From: Auanema rhodensis
Lineage: Eukaryota > Animalia > Nematoda
Direction of reading: 5' to 3'
DNA: 64,000 bases
Assembly (NCBI GenBank): GCA_964057225.1
Contig: OZ059896.1
Location: forward strand, 6,510,001 to 6,574,000
Each line of letters begins with the position of its first letter. Within the stretch, counting starts at the first letter, position 1. The notes beneath the pieces are model-generated. The model was not told the DNA's origin and ran no database searches. It saw nothing but the letters and a program-made list of their open reading frames with translations. Below are positions 14,901-28,752 of this stretch, in pieces. Made by a program: the position numbers and the translations under genes.

Positions 14901-16259
14901 TTTTTATATATATATATATTATTATATAATTAAAAATTAAAAGAAAAGGTAAAATTTTAATAAAATATTTATTTAATTTAAGAAGAATTTATATTTCTTT
15001 TGAATTGATATAGTTAGTCAATGTTATAAGCTTCTGACTTATTTGAACATGAAGGATACAAATCGAAGGACAACAACGAACACGAACCTAATTTAATTTT
15101 TGATTGAATTGGATTAAGTAGGAATGAGGATGAGGACGAAATGTTTTTTTTTTAATATTTTAAGTTATAGTTAATGAAAAATAATATAAAAATTATTTTA
15201 TTTGTTATATATCTTAAATTATTTTAAAATAATATTTTAAATAACAAAAAAGTTTATTTTAAATGTTATTTATTGTTTATTTTTTATTAAAATAAACAAA
15301 AAATAAAACAATATATGTTTATATATTTATTTTATAAATAAAAATTAATATTTACTAATACATAAGATAATATCCTCTTATAGTATTTATATATTAAAAT
15401 ATTTTATAAATAATTAAAATAAAAGTTCCAAATAATGCCAAAATTTTCAAAAAATTACTTCAGATCTCATATTACATGATTAAACCTTTTTACTTTTTTT
15501 TTAAAGTAAAAATGCTTCAGGAACATGAGTTAAGTTGGAATCAAAAATCATTTTTTATTCTTCTTCTTTTGAATATAAATTGTTAAACTTATTCATATTT
15601 ATCTATATTGAATATATAATATATAATATATTATAATTAATAATTTTGAAAAAAAAAAGTGAAATGATGAATAATTTCTTTTATAAAAATATTTTACTTA
15701 TTTGTACTTTTATAAAAGAAAATTAAACAAGTAGAGAAAACAAAAATATGTTAAGAGCTGTAAATGAAATTGAATTTAGAGTAAATCTAATACATTTCAC
15801 TTAAAGTTTCTTATTTAGTTGGCAAAAAAAAGTTTTTTTTTTTTTTGAAAATGACCTTAATGTTATAACATTTTCTTCAGTTCTTTTTCTCTTGTTAAGC
15901 TTTCCCTCTTCTTGTTTCAGTAAATATTGTTGAAAGAAGAAAGAATCTTCAAATCGTTTGAAGTTGAAACAAAAAAAATGAAAAGCAGGCAAAATCATTG
16001 ACATGAAGTTTAGATACATTCAGATAAATTAAATAAAAGTTAATGATTCATGTTCAATGAAAAAGAAAAAGAAGAAATTAATTATAAAATAAAATTAATA
16101 TAATTAAAGATATATAGTATAGTATAGTATATAGTTAGATTGATTTAACATTTTTGATGGAATTGTAAAGAAAATATTTTGGTATGTGCAACTAACCTGA
16201 AAACGACCAAGTCGAGGTGAAGCAATTTCAACGACAAATCCTGAATGTTGCTGTCCCAT
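11914..16259 (-). CDS. Armadillo-repeat protein, ARMC10/ARMCX-like; about 9 exons; first exon 16197-16259 inferred
   Basis: ARM-like helices LLTVISNATAYPSNQ, LQCVANMAVCSDN, ALQALTNLS, ALRLLVNLSCCPDLV. Exon MGQQHSGFVVEIASPRLGRFQ|gttagt joins in phase 0 to cag|AVPQKD. Confidence 0.75.
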
Positions 16260-17867
16260 ATATGACGTGCAACGAAAGTCTTCTAGAAAAACGAACATAG
16301 AACAGATGAGAAGTCGTTGAGTTAAAGATGTGAAAAAATGATTTTTTTGTGAAAAAATAGAAGGGTAAAGAGGAAAAGCATTAAGAGGGAAAAAGAGATA
16401 TGAAGAGTATTTTAAGAGAGAACTGGACGCGGGAAGTGGAATTAGTTATGAAAAGTCAAAAACGAACGACGATGAGAATAGAGCATCGGAAACATATACA
16501 AGGAAATTTAGAAGTTATGTAAAGCTTAAGCCGAATTTCTGAATTGATGCATGTTATTTCAAATATGAAGGGATGAAAGAAAAGGAAAAAAGAGAGTCGA
16601 ACGGAATTGAAGAGATTGAAAAAGGAGGGAGAGAGAAAGAGAGAAAAACGATGTGAGGAAAATAGCCTGAGGGCAGACAAGGAGATGTTGTATTGATCAA
16701 GCCCTCCCATTCCCCTTCTCTCTCTCACTCCCCCACCAACACTAGCTTCCACTGCAACAAGCCTAGGAGCAAGCAGGGACAAACCCCATGTTCGCTCCTT
16801 TCTATGGATACTATGACAGCTGTGGGTTCGAGGGCAAACCTCTTTAGCATATGAAGCCATGGACAGATGGAAAGAAGAAGATGAAGAATTGAGAGAGAAA
16901 GAGAAAGATTGGTAAGATAGCTAAAAGGAAATAAAGGGAAGAAAGGGAAATTAAGATATGAGTAAAACTATATGAAGCGTTTGAGATAGAAGAAAGAAAA
17001 GAAAATAGAGAGGTACATGTATATATAATGCAAGAAGGGTAATGAGAACACTATTTACAAATATTCAAAATAGATTGAAAGAGATTAAGATAGAGTGAGA
17101 ATAAAAAGAAAAAGAGAAAAAGAAAGAGATTGAAGGAAAGAGAGAAGAGAGAGAGAGGGAGAGAGAGAAAGAGAGAGAGAGAAAGAAGGGAATCATTAAC
17201 TGAAAAAAAAGAAAGTGAATCATAAGCCAATCGTATTGAGATCATTCAGTCAAAAACAAAAATATTTTTGAAAATTTCCATTTTTCTTATTTTTTATCGA
17301 AAACTTTTGTATTTAACTAATTAATAGATTTTTATAAAAAATAAATGTTTAATATATATTTATATAATTAAATTTTATTTTAATAAAGAAAATAACAAAA
17401 AAAGAAATTTATTTCTAAATAAAATAGAAAAAACATGAAAAACTATTGAATTTGCAAAAGAAAGAAAGATTTTTATTACATATTCAAGTAAATTTGGATA
17501 TTTTTTTTTTGTTTCAAATGATCATTTACATATGTACATATAAATAAAATTTAAATATTATATAAATATAATTGAAAGTTTGATATAGCTTATATAGTAG
17601 TACAGGAAGTAAAAGCTTAAAGATATAAGGCTGGATGACTGGAGCTCCCAGCTGTTGGCGATTAGGAATCGGTGGGTGGGGAGAAGACGAGGGGTGTGTG
17701 TTGGATGTGAAGAGAAGCAGTTCGAGTTGTTGGGGAGGGCGGAGTCAAAATTAGTTATTCAGATTATAGAATGGAATTCTTTATTATATTTATATAATTA
17801 TAAAATAAAATAATAATATAAATAAAATATAAAAAATAATAATAAGTAAATGAATTATATAATTAAA

Positions 17868-18537
17868 TTAGACCATATGATCTCCATTTTTTGACATCTC
17901 AACACTAGATATTTCTAATAAACTTCTACGTTTACGTCCACATCCACCACGAGTACATCCACAACCACAACCTCCACCCTATAATATTATAATAATATTA
18001 ATTATTATTATTATTATTATTTATATAATAATTAATATAATTAATATAAATATTTATAAACTTACGTTCATACAAGCTTGAGTACATACAGGTCGACAAC
18101 ATTGACAACATGTTGTTTGCTGAACTGGAACTAAAACTGTATTTGTAACACATGTCTGACATCCAGGAGTTCCACAAGTACATGGTGGTGGAGGTGCAGG
18201 ACAGCAAACCTTAAACCATAGTATATATAAAATAATATTCTTATACTATAAAATTCATATAAATTTAAAAAAAAAAGTAATTTTAGAGAAAAAAAAAACA
18301 AAATGTTTAAGTTTTTAACCAAAAAAATCTACTTACTTGACCACATTGACCAACATTTCCACAACTACATACTCCTGCACAACATCCACCATCACCACCA
18401 CATTGTCGTTTAGCTCTTATAACAAATCCAACTTCAGTATTAATATTTTCATTTAATGTTAAATCATTAGATGGAAATATTGAAGCTATATTGCTTTGAA
18501 TAAAACAAAAAATGAAAAATAATTGATATGATTTCAT
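17868..18537 (-). CDS. Secreted Cys/Gly-rich proprotein (cuticle/apical ECM type), 3 exons
   Basis: Signal peptide MKSYQLFFIFCFIQSNIAS, then RAKR|QCGGDGGCCAGVCSCG...VCCPAPPPPCTCG...CCQCCRPVCTQACMN|GGGCGCGCTRGGCG-RKRR; both introns phase 0. Confidence 0.85.
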
Positions 18538-19707
18538 TGATATTTCCTGAAATATTTAAATTTTTATTGAAAATTTTGTGAAAAATAGTTATAATTGAAG
18601 AATGAGAATAGAATGTTGAATGTATTGAACAGTTCAATTGTCTTTATTTTTCTTTCTTTCTTCTTATTTTATACTCAAGACTGGCCCAACCTCCTATTCA
18701 TGTCATCATCTCCGTCTGTCGATCCGGATAGGTGTTGAAGATGCTAGAAAAAGCTCACAGCTCTTAGTGACCGGATCATTTTGATTGAGCGCGAACGAAC
18801 TATTGAATTTCTAGATTTTCAGGTGTTATCTCAAGAGATTAAGCTCTTTCAATGTTTCCTAATTAGTTAAAGTCTCAAGAAATGTAAAATTTAAAATAAT
18901 AATTTCCAATTAAAGACTTTATATAAGAATAATCTAAAATATTGCTTATATTATATATAAGAATTATATATTTTTAATAAATAAATGTATTTATTTATTG
19001 AAATTATATCAAATTTATTAAATTGTATGACTGATTTGTAGAATTATTTCGTTTTTTTCTGAAAATTAGCAAAATGTTGCTGCTGTTCAAAAAAAAGTTA
19101 AAAAAAAGTTCAAATATTCAGAGATCAGGTCCATGGGTTTATTCATTTTTGACCGGTTCTCCCTCCGTCTAATATCATCGTCTTCCGGTCCTCTTAAATG
19201 AACAGCACTTCATATTATTTTTGATTATTTAAATGATTAAAATCAATCAATAAATATAAAATATTTATATAAAAATGTGTTTAATATACATATATAACTA
19301 TATAAAAACATTTTAACATTGCATATTAAAACCCAAAATGAGAGAAAAACCTGGTTTAATGTTAAAGACTAGATTATATAAAATCATTTTTGATGACCTG
19401 AGAATAGATGATGAATATCAAAAAATCTATATTATACATATAGTATATACAATTAAAATATATTTAAAATCCTATGGCTTATGAAAGAAAGACACGCTTT
19501 ATATCAGATATGAAAGGTAAAATTATCTAAAAATGTTTAATTCAATAATAATAAAATTTCTTTTTATAAATTCATTACAAAGCTTTAAGTTTATAACTTA
19601 ATGCTTGTAAATGCTTTATGTATGAGATTGAAAAATATGTTTTTTTCTTTTCTTTTTCATAAATGAAAATAGAAAAAAATAAAAAGAAATTAATTATATG
19701 AATAACA

Positions 19708-21503
19708 TTATTGATTAATAACACTATTATATGAATAATTTGAAATTAAAAAATCTCTCCAAGCTACATTTCCTCCTAAAATTAGTGATGGAATAAACTT
19801 TGGTAATATAGATGTATTTGATAATAATCGTTTCAAATTGAATTTTTGTCGTAACATTTCAACAGAATCTGTATCAATCTAAATTAATAAATTAATATAT
19901 TTATAAATTAAAATTAAAATTAAAAACTTACTCTATAACAATGACTTATATCTAAATCAACTAAATTATTACATTGAAGTAATATATTTACAATTTCTGT
20001 TGTAATCTTATTACATGAACTTATATTTAAACTTTTTAAGTTTGGTAACATTTCTGAAAAAAAAAATTAATTTTATTTATAATTAAATTATATAAACATA
20101 CTTAATTCTATTAAAGAATTTATAGTTATACGAGAACATTTTGAAATTGAAAGATTTTGAAGTTTATTACAATTTCTTAGAATTGTTATTAATGATTCAT
20201 CATCAATATCTGTTTCATTAGCATGTAATTCTCTAAATATATATATATATAGTTATATAGTTATATAGTTATATAGTTATAGTTAACCTTAAATTTCGAA
20301 GACATGCTATTGCTTGAAAATCAGCAATATTACTTGGTTTTGATACATCCAAATATTCTAAAGTTTCAACTAAACAATCTAATTTAGTTAATTCTTGTGA
20401 CCATTGTAATAAAATATAATTTAATGTTAATGATTGAAGTCTAAAATAATTTATATAATTAATAATAATAATTATAATAATTTACCTTTTATTTTGTAAA
20501 AAAGTCAGATCATCAATTTGTAATAATGCACCAGATATTGAAAGTTTTCGAATTGTTGGAGATATACATTTTAATACAGTTGAACTTAATTCAAGTTTTT
20601 GAAAAAGTAAATCACCCTGTAAATTAAAAATTATTTCTATTCAATCAATCAATCAATAATTCAAATAAAATATTTGTTTTTTTAAAAAATATTATGATAA
20701 CATGAAATATATACATGTATGTATGTATGTATATTGTGTGTTTCATGTAAATAATAAATACAAATTATATTGAAAAACATTGAATAATTTGAAATAAAAA
20801 GAATTATTATCATATATACTATACTATACTATACTGTTTATATAATATATAAATAATATTACTAACCATAAATTGAAATTCTTGTAGATTTTTAGCTTTT
20901 TTCAATAATCGACAAAAACTTCGTTCAATTATTTCACGACAATCTGGTGATCTTGGAAAGCTACAGTCAACAATTGATATTAACTATAATAAGGTTAACT
21001 ATATGAATATATAAATAAATTATTTTTATTGATATTACCTCTAATGTTTCAGATAATTGTTCCAACTTTTCAATTGCTGCAAGGGTTAGAATCATACGAC
21101 GAATCTTGATTCTCTTTAAACGTGGAGCATGTATACTAAGTGATGTCATGAAATCACGTGTAACATGATAAGGGCTTGTTGATAAACATAAATTATAATA
21201 TAATTTATTTTTATTTGGCTTTGTACCAAGAGCTGCTATTTGAATTTCTTCCAAATTTTTACCATAAATTTCTAAAATTTCAAAATTTTTATTTATTCTC
21301 TTAAAATATTGAAATTTACCTATAATTTCAGACATATATGATGGTTCAGAGAGTACAGTTTGAAATTCTGTTTCAAAATTCAATACTGTTCGTCGTGAAA
21401 AGGTTTCAGATGCTAATCGACGCCAATGACGATTAACATTGCGACATCTCATGAGATCATGTGGATTGAGATATTGGAATACATGTCGAATAACATCATC
21501 CAT
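19708..21503 (-). CDS. F-box/leucine-rich-repeat protein
   Basis: F-box MDDVIRHVFQYLNPHDLMRCRNVNRHWRRLA, followed by LRR-type exons (LQNLSISKCSRIT, LKSLNISSCNKIT, LVDLDISHCY); stop at 19708. Confidence 0.85.
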
Positions 21504-22865
21504 TCCTATAAAAAATATTTAAAATATAAATAATTTAATAAAGAATATAAGAATATAAATAAAATATATAGAAATATAGATAAATAATTTCTACTGGTTG
21601 AACCATATAAGGTTTATTAGGTTGTTGTGGTGACAAAAGCCGGATTAGATTAGGTCGTCAGGCAGACAAGCATCTGACGCCTGAATCCAACATTATTTTA
21701 GCATATGCCTTAAGATGTGCAATTAGAAAAGCACATTGTTAGATAAAAGACAAATACAATAATGATATATAGTATAAGATATATAGTATAGTTGTAATAA
21801 AGTTTATATTAGATTGACTTAGACAAATGAATAAAGATTTTTTTTTTTTGAAATTCAAATATTTGCTCAATCTACTAATTGCAGAGTAAGAATTTTTCAA
21901 TAAATTAATAAAATAAATAATTGATTTTAAAATCAAATAATTTAAATTTTTCATTAAATTTTGTAAAAAAAAAAGAAATTTTTATAAGAATCAAATGTAT
22001 AAACGATATGTTGAATCATATTGATTTGACGTCAATGTTTAGAACACTGAAAATGAAAAAGCAAAACACAAACAGATGTGTTGAAAAGAATTTTAAAACT
22101 TATTTAATTCAAAAGAAAATGATTATTATAGAATATACTTTAGACTATATTTGGATATATAAGATGAAAGAGAACTAAATAGAGAGAGAGAGGAGGAAAA
22201 TAAGAGGAGATAAAGAGGTTATGAGGCTAAGAGAGGGGGAGTGAGAGAGAACTAAGCTTAGAAGCAATATAATTAGCATATCAAGATGTTTCCGGTCGGC
22301 TGTAATGGCTTTAAAAGCTTCAATCAAACTAAATACTACTAGAATTTCATCTAATTAGTCTATGAAAGCTGTTATAACATGAAATATGAATCACACAACG
22401 TCAACTACTTTACTACAACAATGAAGTAAAATGTTTTTTTGGAACAAAACAGAAAAATAGGAGTCAACAGCATTATGACTTGTTTCGGAATCATATCTAC
22501 TATGTATTTCCTGATGGCATTATGAATCCGGAAAAGACAAATGAGAAATGAAAAGAAGAAGCAGCAGATGATTGTCCTCCTCTTCATAATGTCTTTACTC
22601 TTTCTACGATGATTTTCTTGTTTCTGAACTGACGTTCGGTTTCTCTCTCATCTCTCATTCGTTCTTTCATTCTCTCTACCTCGCAGAACGTCTGTCTATC
22701 TCCATGTTTTACCAAATCGTACACTATGTATTTCATCTGTAGAACACGTTTCAACTTCAAAGTAGAGAGGAATAAAGAAGAAGAAGAAAGAAAGAAAGAA
22801 AATGAACGGTTCTAGTATTAACCTTCGCTTTTCATATATAACTCTTAGTACTTTTACTCTTTCTT

Positions 22866-22912
<47 letters not shown>

Positions 22913-25598
22913 AGTTTTGATGTTCTTTCTTTTATCCTTTTTCCAATTTTTTCCTCTTTTCTTTCTATCTTGTTCATCACATACAAAATACGATTGCTTT
23001 TTACTATAACTAAGAGGAATAATATTGTAAAAACAGATGAAAGATGAGAGACATATAGCAATTAAATGACTGAGGAAATTGCTTATGCTCAATTTCAAGA
23101 AGTAAAAAACTGTCTTGAGAATGAAAAACAAGTAATGTTATTTCAAGAATTTTCAATAAAAAAAACAAAATTATCAATTAAATTTTTAATTATTTTAAAA
23201 GATTATTATTATTATATATTATATATATAGTTAAATTATTTTTAAATATAAAAATATTAAGATTAACATGACTCTATGAGAAGTTAGAAGATGTGTGACA
23301 ACTGAAATAATGATAGTTTTTCAGATAAATTTAGCCCTAGGGAATATAATTTTGTACTGAAATAGATGACACATTCCAAAAGTTTTAAGAGACTTTTCCT
23401 TCCTCTTTGTGTATATTATTCTATAATTTTAAATTTTCTTTATGATATTTCAATATAATTATATGTGAATACATATAAAATTATGGTTAATTAGATAATC
23501 ATTTAATAAATATAATAAACTAATTAAGTGAAATCAAGTTTATTTTGAAAGAAAGAATAAATTTATAATAAAAATATTTAAATAGAAAATGAAAAAATGA
23601 AAAATATATATGAAATTAATGAAAAAAAAACAAAAAAAATCTTCATATTTGAAAGAAAAGAATAGAATTTCAAAATTCAATACTTGAAAAGCAACCGTAA
23701 AATCCTTAAATGCATTTAGAATGAATGGCAAAATTTCAATTATTTTACGTCAAATAACGTGAGAAATTTTTTTTTGTTTGCTTTATGTTATGTACAACTT
23801 TTAGAAAAAAATTTTAAAAGAGAGAGAGGAAGAGGAGGAGAAGGAGGAGGAGCAGAATGAGGAAAATTGATGGAGATGATTGGTTGATACTGAACAACAA
23901 ACAAGAAAATAAAAAGAAATGCTATGAAAGTTGAAGAAAACTATAAAAACAGCAAAGAAGTCTAACTTTATGAAACAAACTTGGTAGGAACTTAAGGATT
24001 TTAGTTGAATAAGCTGGTTCCGAACACATTGTATGCAGATTACAGCGAATGCATCAGAGAGGAGAGAGAACTGATGGAACAACTGCCCTTAAGGCATAAG
24101 AACAGCTTTCATCTTAGATGAAGTTAAAGAGAAAATAATTTTAAAAACTACCGGATGAGATAGATGTAGATGATTAGACTTTTGAAAGATAAATGAAAAG
24201 AAGAAATAGTTATTAAGAAGAATATTCATACATATGTATGTATATGAAGTTGATAGGTTATAAGAGAAATATATATATGAAGAGTGAGAGATAGAGAGAG
24301 AAAGAGAGAGAGTGCAAGAGCAATAAAAAGAAAAATTGAAATATATATGTAGAGAGAGAGTGAGAGAGAGAGAGAGATAAATAAGAGAAATTGAGAGAAA
24401 AAGAGTAAAAGAGTTTCAAATGAATTGATATATGAGAAGATGTGAAGAAGTAAATAAAGTATAATGTGATGTAATAAAAATAAAAATACTTTTATATATG
24501 AATATTTAGAAAAAAAAGAATATTATAAAGAATATTGATATATCAATGATATAAACATATTGCTGTAGACGATCGTGGTTGAAATGTTCATATTGCCTAA
24601 GGCAATTCATGTCTCCATTTGCTTGACTAACATCCGTCTGTGAATTATTCATGTGACTCTCGGCAGCTGCTGTTTCCCATTCTCTTTTTTTTTTGCAACG
24701 TTCGACGTCGCCAGAAGCTTAATCTTCACTATTCTCTTCGTATTGTCTTCGTTCTCTTTCACGCTACCTACAATCATTGACATCTTCGTGTTGTATTTTC
24801 TCTAACTACTCAACGCTCTCATGTTTTGCCCTGTCGTCAAGATCATCATCAACATCAGAAACGTTTGGAATATTCTATTTACATCTGATTCTGATTCACA
24901 ATGCTTCTTTAGAAGATAGAGAACACACGCTGTCATTGCTTTCCGTGAAACTCTGACGATTCTTGTCTTCAGGATGCATTAGACACTTTGCTCACTCTAT
25001 TGGAGCTAAAAATCGGAAGCTCAAATCAAACAGATGATGTTGTCTTCTGATCGCGAACCTGTCTTTCAGTCAGTAAGCAATGTCTTCATTTCTTGTTGCC
25101 TCACGTTAAGTGTGAAGCGATTTGATTAAGAAGCTTCAGGGTATTTCAGATGTATATAATACATGAATTATCCATAAATTCTATCAAATTATTAATTTAT
25201 ATCATATAGTTATAAATGAGAAAAACAGTAAAAACAATCAAATAGAAGAACTAGATTTAGCCAGATTCTCTCTGTTATTTTCTTTTTCTTTCTCTCAATC
25301 TCTCACGTATACACACAAACTTTAGAAAACTTAACAAAACTTGAAAATATTAAAAATTGAATGAAGAACGAAATCAAAAAAATTTTTATTTAAACAATTC
25401 TTTTTTAAAATAAAAAAATGAATATTATCTCTTTATAATTTCTTAGATGAAAGCCAGAAGTCATTTGAACAAAAAATGAATGAGGAAGAAGCAAGAGGTG
25501 AAGGAAGAATAAGAAGAAGAAAAAGAGAGAAACACATGAAAAATTGACAGAAAATATGTAAAAAGAAAAGAAATATGTACATATATTTATATAAATAA

Positions 25599-25637
<39 letters not shown>

Positions 25638-26189
25638 TGTATATAAATATATAAAATAAAAGAATATTTTATATTAAAATAAAATATTTAATTAATAATA
25701 AATATTTGACAAAAATATATTTCTTTTTCTTTCTTTTTTTTTGATTAAAAATGAAATCTATAGATATGAATGTATAGAAATTGATTTTATATATTCTTAC
25801 TACTTTTATATAGTTTAGAAAACACAATAGAATTGAGAAAATATAACAAAATTTTCTTTTAGAAAATCGGATTAGAAAAAATATCTTTTATATTTGAAAA
25901 AGGTCATAACTTAGAATGACCGTTTATTTGTGAAAATTCTTTCGAACTAATCTTATTGAATCTCTTTTCATCCAGTTATATTCAAGAGGTTACAAATCTT
26001 TTATGAAGCTTGAATCTTATATTATAGAAGACAATATTAAAGAAATTCTAAATAAATAATTCTAAATAATAAATAAAAAAAATATATATATATATAGTAT
26101 ATAGTATATATAATTATTTTATATAATTTTAATTTAATAAAGATGTCAGACAGCTAATGATGATGAAGATGTGTTGCTGCTACTTCTAG

Positions 26190-26223
<34 letters not shown>

Positions 26224-26718
26224 GCTATTGTATGTCAAAATATAAGAAAAGAAAGAAAATAATCTTTTTTTCTTTTTCCTCTATTTTCATTCTTTTGTAT
26301 TTCATTTTCTTTTTTATCACAACGATCATAATGCATCCAAGCAAACCAAATATGTAAAAACCTGTTTTATTTAAAAAGTCGTAATATATGAAATACATAT
26401 ATACATATAAATTTATATAAATTTATATAAATTTATATATAAATTTATTAAAAATTAATAAATTAGATGTAACTATATGTATATTTACTAATACATAGGT
26501 GTATATTATTAATATAATATTGTTTGATTTGAATATTATATTATTTCATTATATAAATAATAATTTATTCAAAAATAAAAGAAAAAAATAAAAATATAAA
26601 AGGGAAATAAAGAACAAAAGCATACAGATTCATGTCTTTTTTCATTTATTCTTTTAATTTTTTTTTATATTTACTTTAATAAATTCTTATATAGTATATA
26701 CTAACTATAAACAATATA

Positions 26719-27888
26719 CAGTCATGCGCGATAAAAGTCGGACACCCCTATGTTAGAGGCCCCAAAAAAAAATTTCAATTTCAGGTTCAAGTATCTTCAT
26801 ATCGATTAAAATTCGAGATAAAATGATGAAAACTGAATTTTTTTTAAATTATTAAAGTTTAAATTTGAATATATTAATTTTTTTGATGTTTTTGCATATA
26901 TAAATTTTTAAATTTTTAAATTTTTAAATTTAAGATGGTTAGAGGCAAGAAAACAACCCCTGAAGTTTGTTCAATTATTTTGATCATGAAAAGCAAAGGA
27001 ATCAGCATAAGAAAGATAAGCGATCTGCTATCAATCCCAAGGAGTACAGTTCAAGATGAATGGAAACAATCTCATAAACCATACAAGGTTGATATGAGAG
27101 GAAGGGAACGAAAAACAACCCAGGGACAAGATAATATGATGGTGAGGCTTGTACAACGACATCCTGACATGACATTATCCGAGTTAAGCCAGCATATTTT
27201 TCGAATGTTCAAGATTCAGCTTCATCCCTCAAACGTAAGAAGAAGATTGATCGTAAAAAATCTAAGAGCTCGTGTACCAGCTCAGTTACGAACAGGCTGA
27301 AAAGAATTCAATTTGCTCAGGAGCATTTGAATTGGACGTATCAAGATTGGTCGTCAGTCATATTTACCGACGAAAGCAAATTTTGCTTATTTGGTAATGA
27401 CGGACCAGGATTCATCAGAAGACCTGTGAACCAGCGCTACAACCCCAAGTTTATGAGGCCAACTGTGAAGCATGGTGGAGGAAACGTCATGATCTGGGGC
27501 TGCTTTTGTTCCACCGAAGCCCAATTTCCAATCGCGAGATCTCAACCCGATCGAACATCTTTGGAGAGAACTTGGTCGACGTGCTGCCAAATTCCCTTGT
27601 TCGAACAAGGATGAGAAGTTCAGAGTCCTAGGGACCCTATGAAGAGAAATTTCGCCGGAAATTCTGAAGAAGCTCGTGGAATCAATGCCAAGAAGACTTC
27701 AAGCTGTGATCGATAATTTTGGGTACCCCACAAAATATTAATAAACTTGTTCTTTATTTTTTTTTAAGTTCATTTTTTGATTCTATAGTGTTTTTCAACA
27801 CTTCTACTATTTTTTTCGATTTTTTGTAGTTTGCTTCAAAAGATACAGGGGTTTCTAGTAGGTGTCCGACTTTCATCGCACATGACTA
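26719..27888 (+). mobile_element. Tc1/mariner DNA transposon, internally deleted (non-autonomous)
   Basis: 28-bp TIRs CAGTCATGCGCGATAAAAGTCGGACACC (26719-26746) and GGTGTCCGACTTTCATCGCACATGACTA (27861-27888), flanked by TA; the empty site is visible in the duplicate at ~32811-32840. Confidence 0.95.
26935..27741 (+). pseudogene. Tc1-family transposase pseudogene
   Basis: HTH region, WSSVIFTDESKF, TVKHGGGNVMIWGCF, then a direct jump to DLNPIEHLW..SMPRRLQAVIDNFGYPTKY. The middle catalytic Asp region is deleted, with frameshifts and a premature stop. Confidence 0.92.
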
Positions 27889-28302
27889 TATTTTATATTT
27901 TTAATAATAAAAAATAATATAAAAATCAAATTAATTAATAAAAATCTATATTATATTTTGAATCTCTTTTCATCCAGTTATATTCAAGAGGTTACAAATC
28001 TTTTATGAAGTTTTTTTATGAATATAATTTTAATTTAATAAAGATGTCAGACAGCAAGAATATGTATTTTGCCGTTCTAGCGCACCTTTTTGCCCATCCT
28101 TAATTTTCGAATTTTTAAGCCATTTTAAGGCTTATCTTCATTGATTTTGTATCTCAACTCTTCGAACAAGTGTCCTTTTAAACAATTTTCAAAAATGGTA
28201 AAAAGGTCGAAATGCGCTACCCTAAAAATGTGGTCGAAATCCAGTGGTCGAAATGGTCGAGAAAAATGCGCTAACATTTCGAATGAAAATAATGTTCAAT
28301 AA

Positions 28303-28752
28303 ATGGTGAAGTCCAGAGGATCTGCGTCGCAAGCTCCTCCAGGAGTGCCTGAGAATCTAAAATTCCATAAAAACCTTAGAGCTCTAACAAATAGTGATCT
28401 TGAAGAACTTGTAAAACTATTAAAGATAAGAAACTTCAGAAGAATCATTACGAGAGACACCTTACCACTTCAAGAAATTAAAGAAAAAGAAGTTGGTATA
28501 ATTAATTTAGATTCTTCTAGTGGTAAAGGTACTCATTGGGTTCGTTATTCTAAAAATAAAGGAAAGATTTATTACTTTGATTGCTTCGGACTTGATCCTC
28601 CTTTACAACTTCAAGAATATCTCAAGAGTAGAAATAAAAACGATAAAATAAAGCTTTCAACATTCAAAGTTCAAGATTTTGGAACACATCATTGTGGTTA
28701 TTGTTTACTACTTTTAAAATTATTAGAAAATATGATTTTCAGAAATCAGTAA
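28303..28752 (+). CDS. Maverick/adenovirus-type cysteine protease (adenain, peptidase C5); C-terminus possibly truncated
   Basis: LTNSDL, GIINLDSSSGKGTHWV, YYFDCFGLDPP, VQDFGTHHCGYC match the His/Asp/Gln/Cys adenain pattern; intronless. Confidence 0.9.
   Translation: MVKSRGSASQAPPGVPENLKFHKNLRALTNSDLEELVKLLKIRNFRRIITRDTLPLQEIKEKEVGIINLDSSSGKGTHWVRYSKNKGKIYYFDCFGLDPPLQLQEYLKSRNKNDKIKLSTFKVQDFGTHHCGYCLLLLKLLENMIFRNQ

Noticed and set aside
16815-16845. GGTTCGA B-box-like word
   Set aside because: No cloverleaf or A-box; not a tRNA. No tRNA, rRNA or SL RNA gene was recognised anywhere in the window.
16456-16860. 134-aa minus-strand ORF
   Set aside because: Runs through CT-rich, promoter-like sequence with no recognisable domain; more likely the regulatory region of the ARM gene.
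18721-18778. GATCCGG...CCGGATC hairpin with a miR-2-like word
   Set aside because: Several bulges and G-U pairs; too weak without small-RNA data.
22696-23131. Overlapping ORFs with ERERER/LSLSLS tracts
   Set aside because: Produced by a (CT)n microsatellite; no splice or homology support.
24980-25070. Matches to the 5' ends of miR-87 (GTGAGCAAAGT) and miR-71 (TGAAAGACA) on the minus strand
   Set aside because: Similarity stops after 9-11 nt and no pre-miRNA stem forms.
28200-28275. GGTCGAAAT and ATGCGCTA short repeats as a CRISPR-like array or Maverick TIR
   Set aside because: Irregular spacing, very short units and no partner at the other end of the block; at most a MITE or subterminal fragment.
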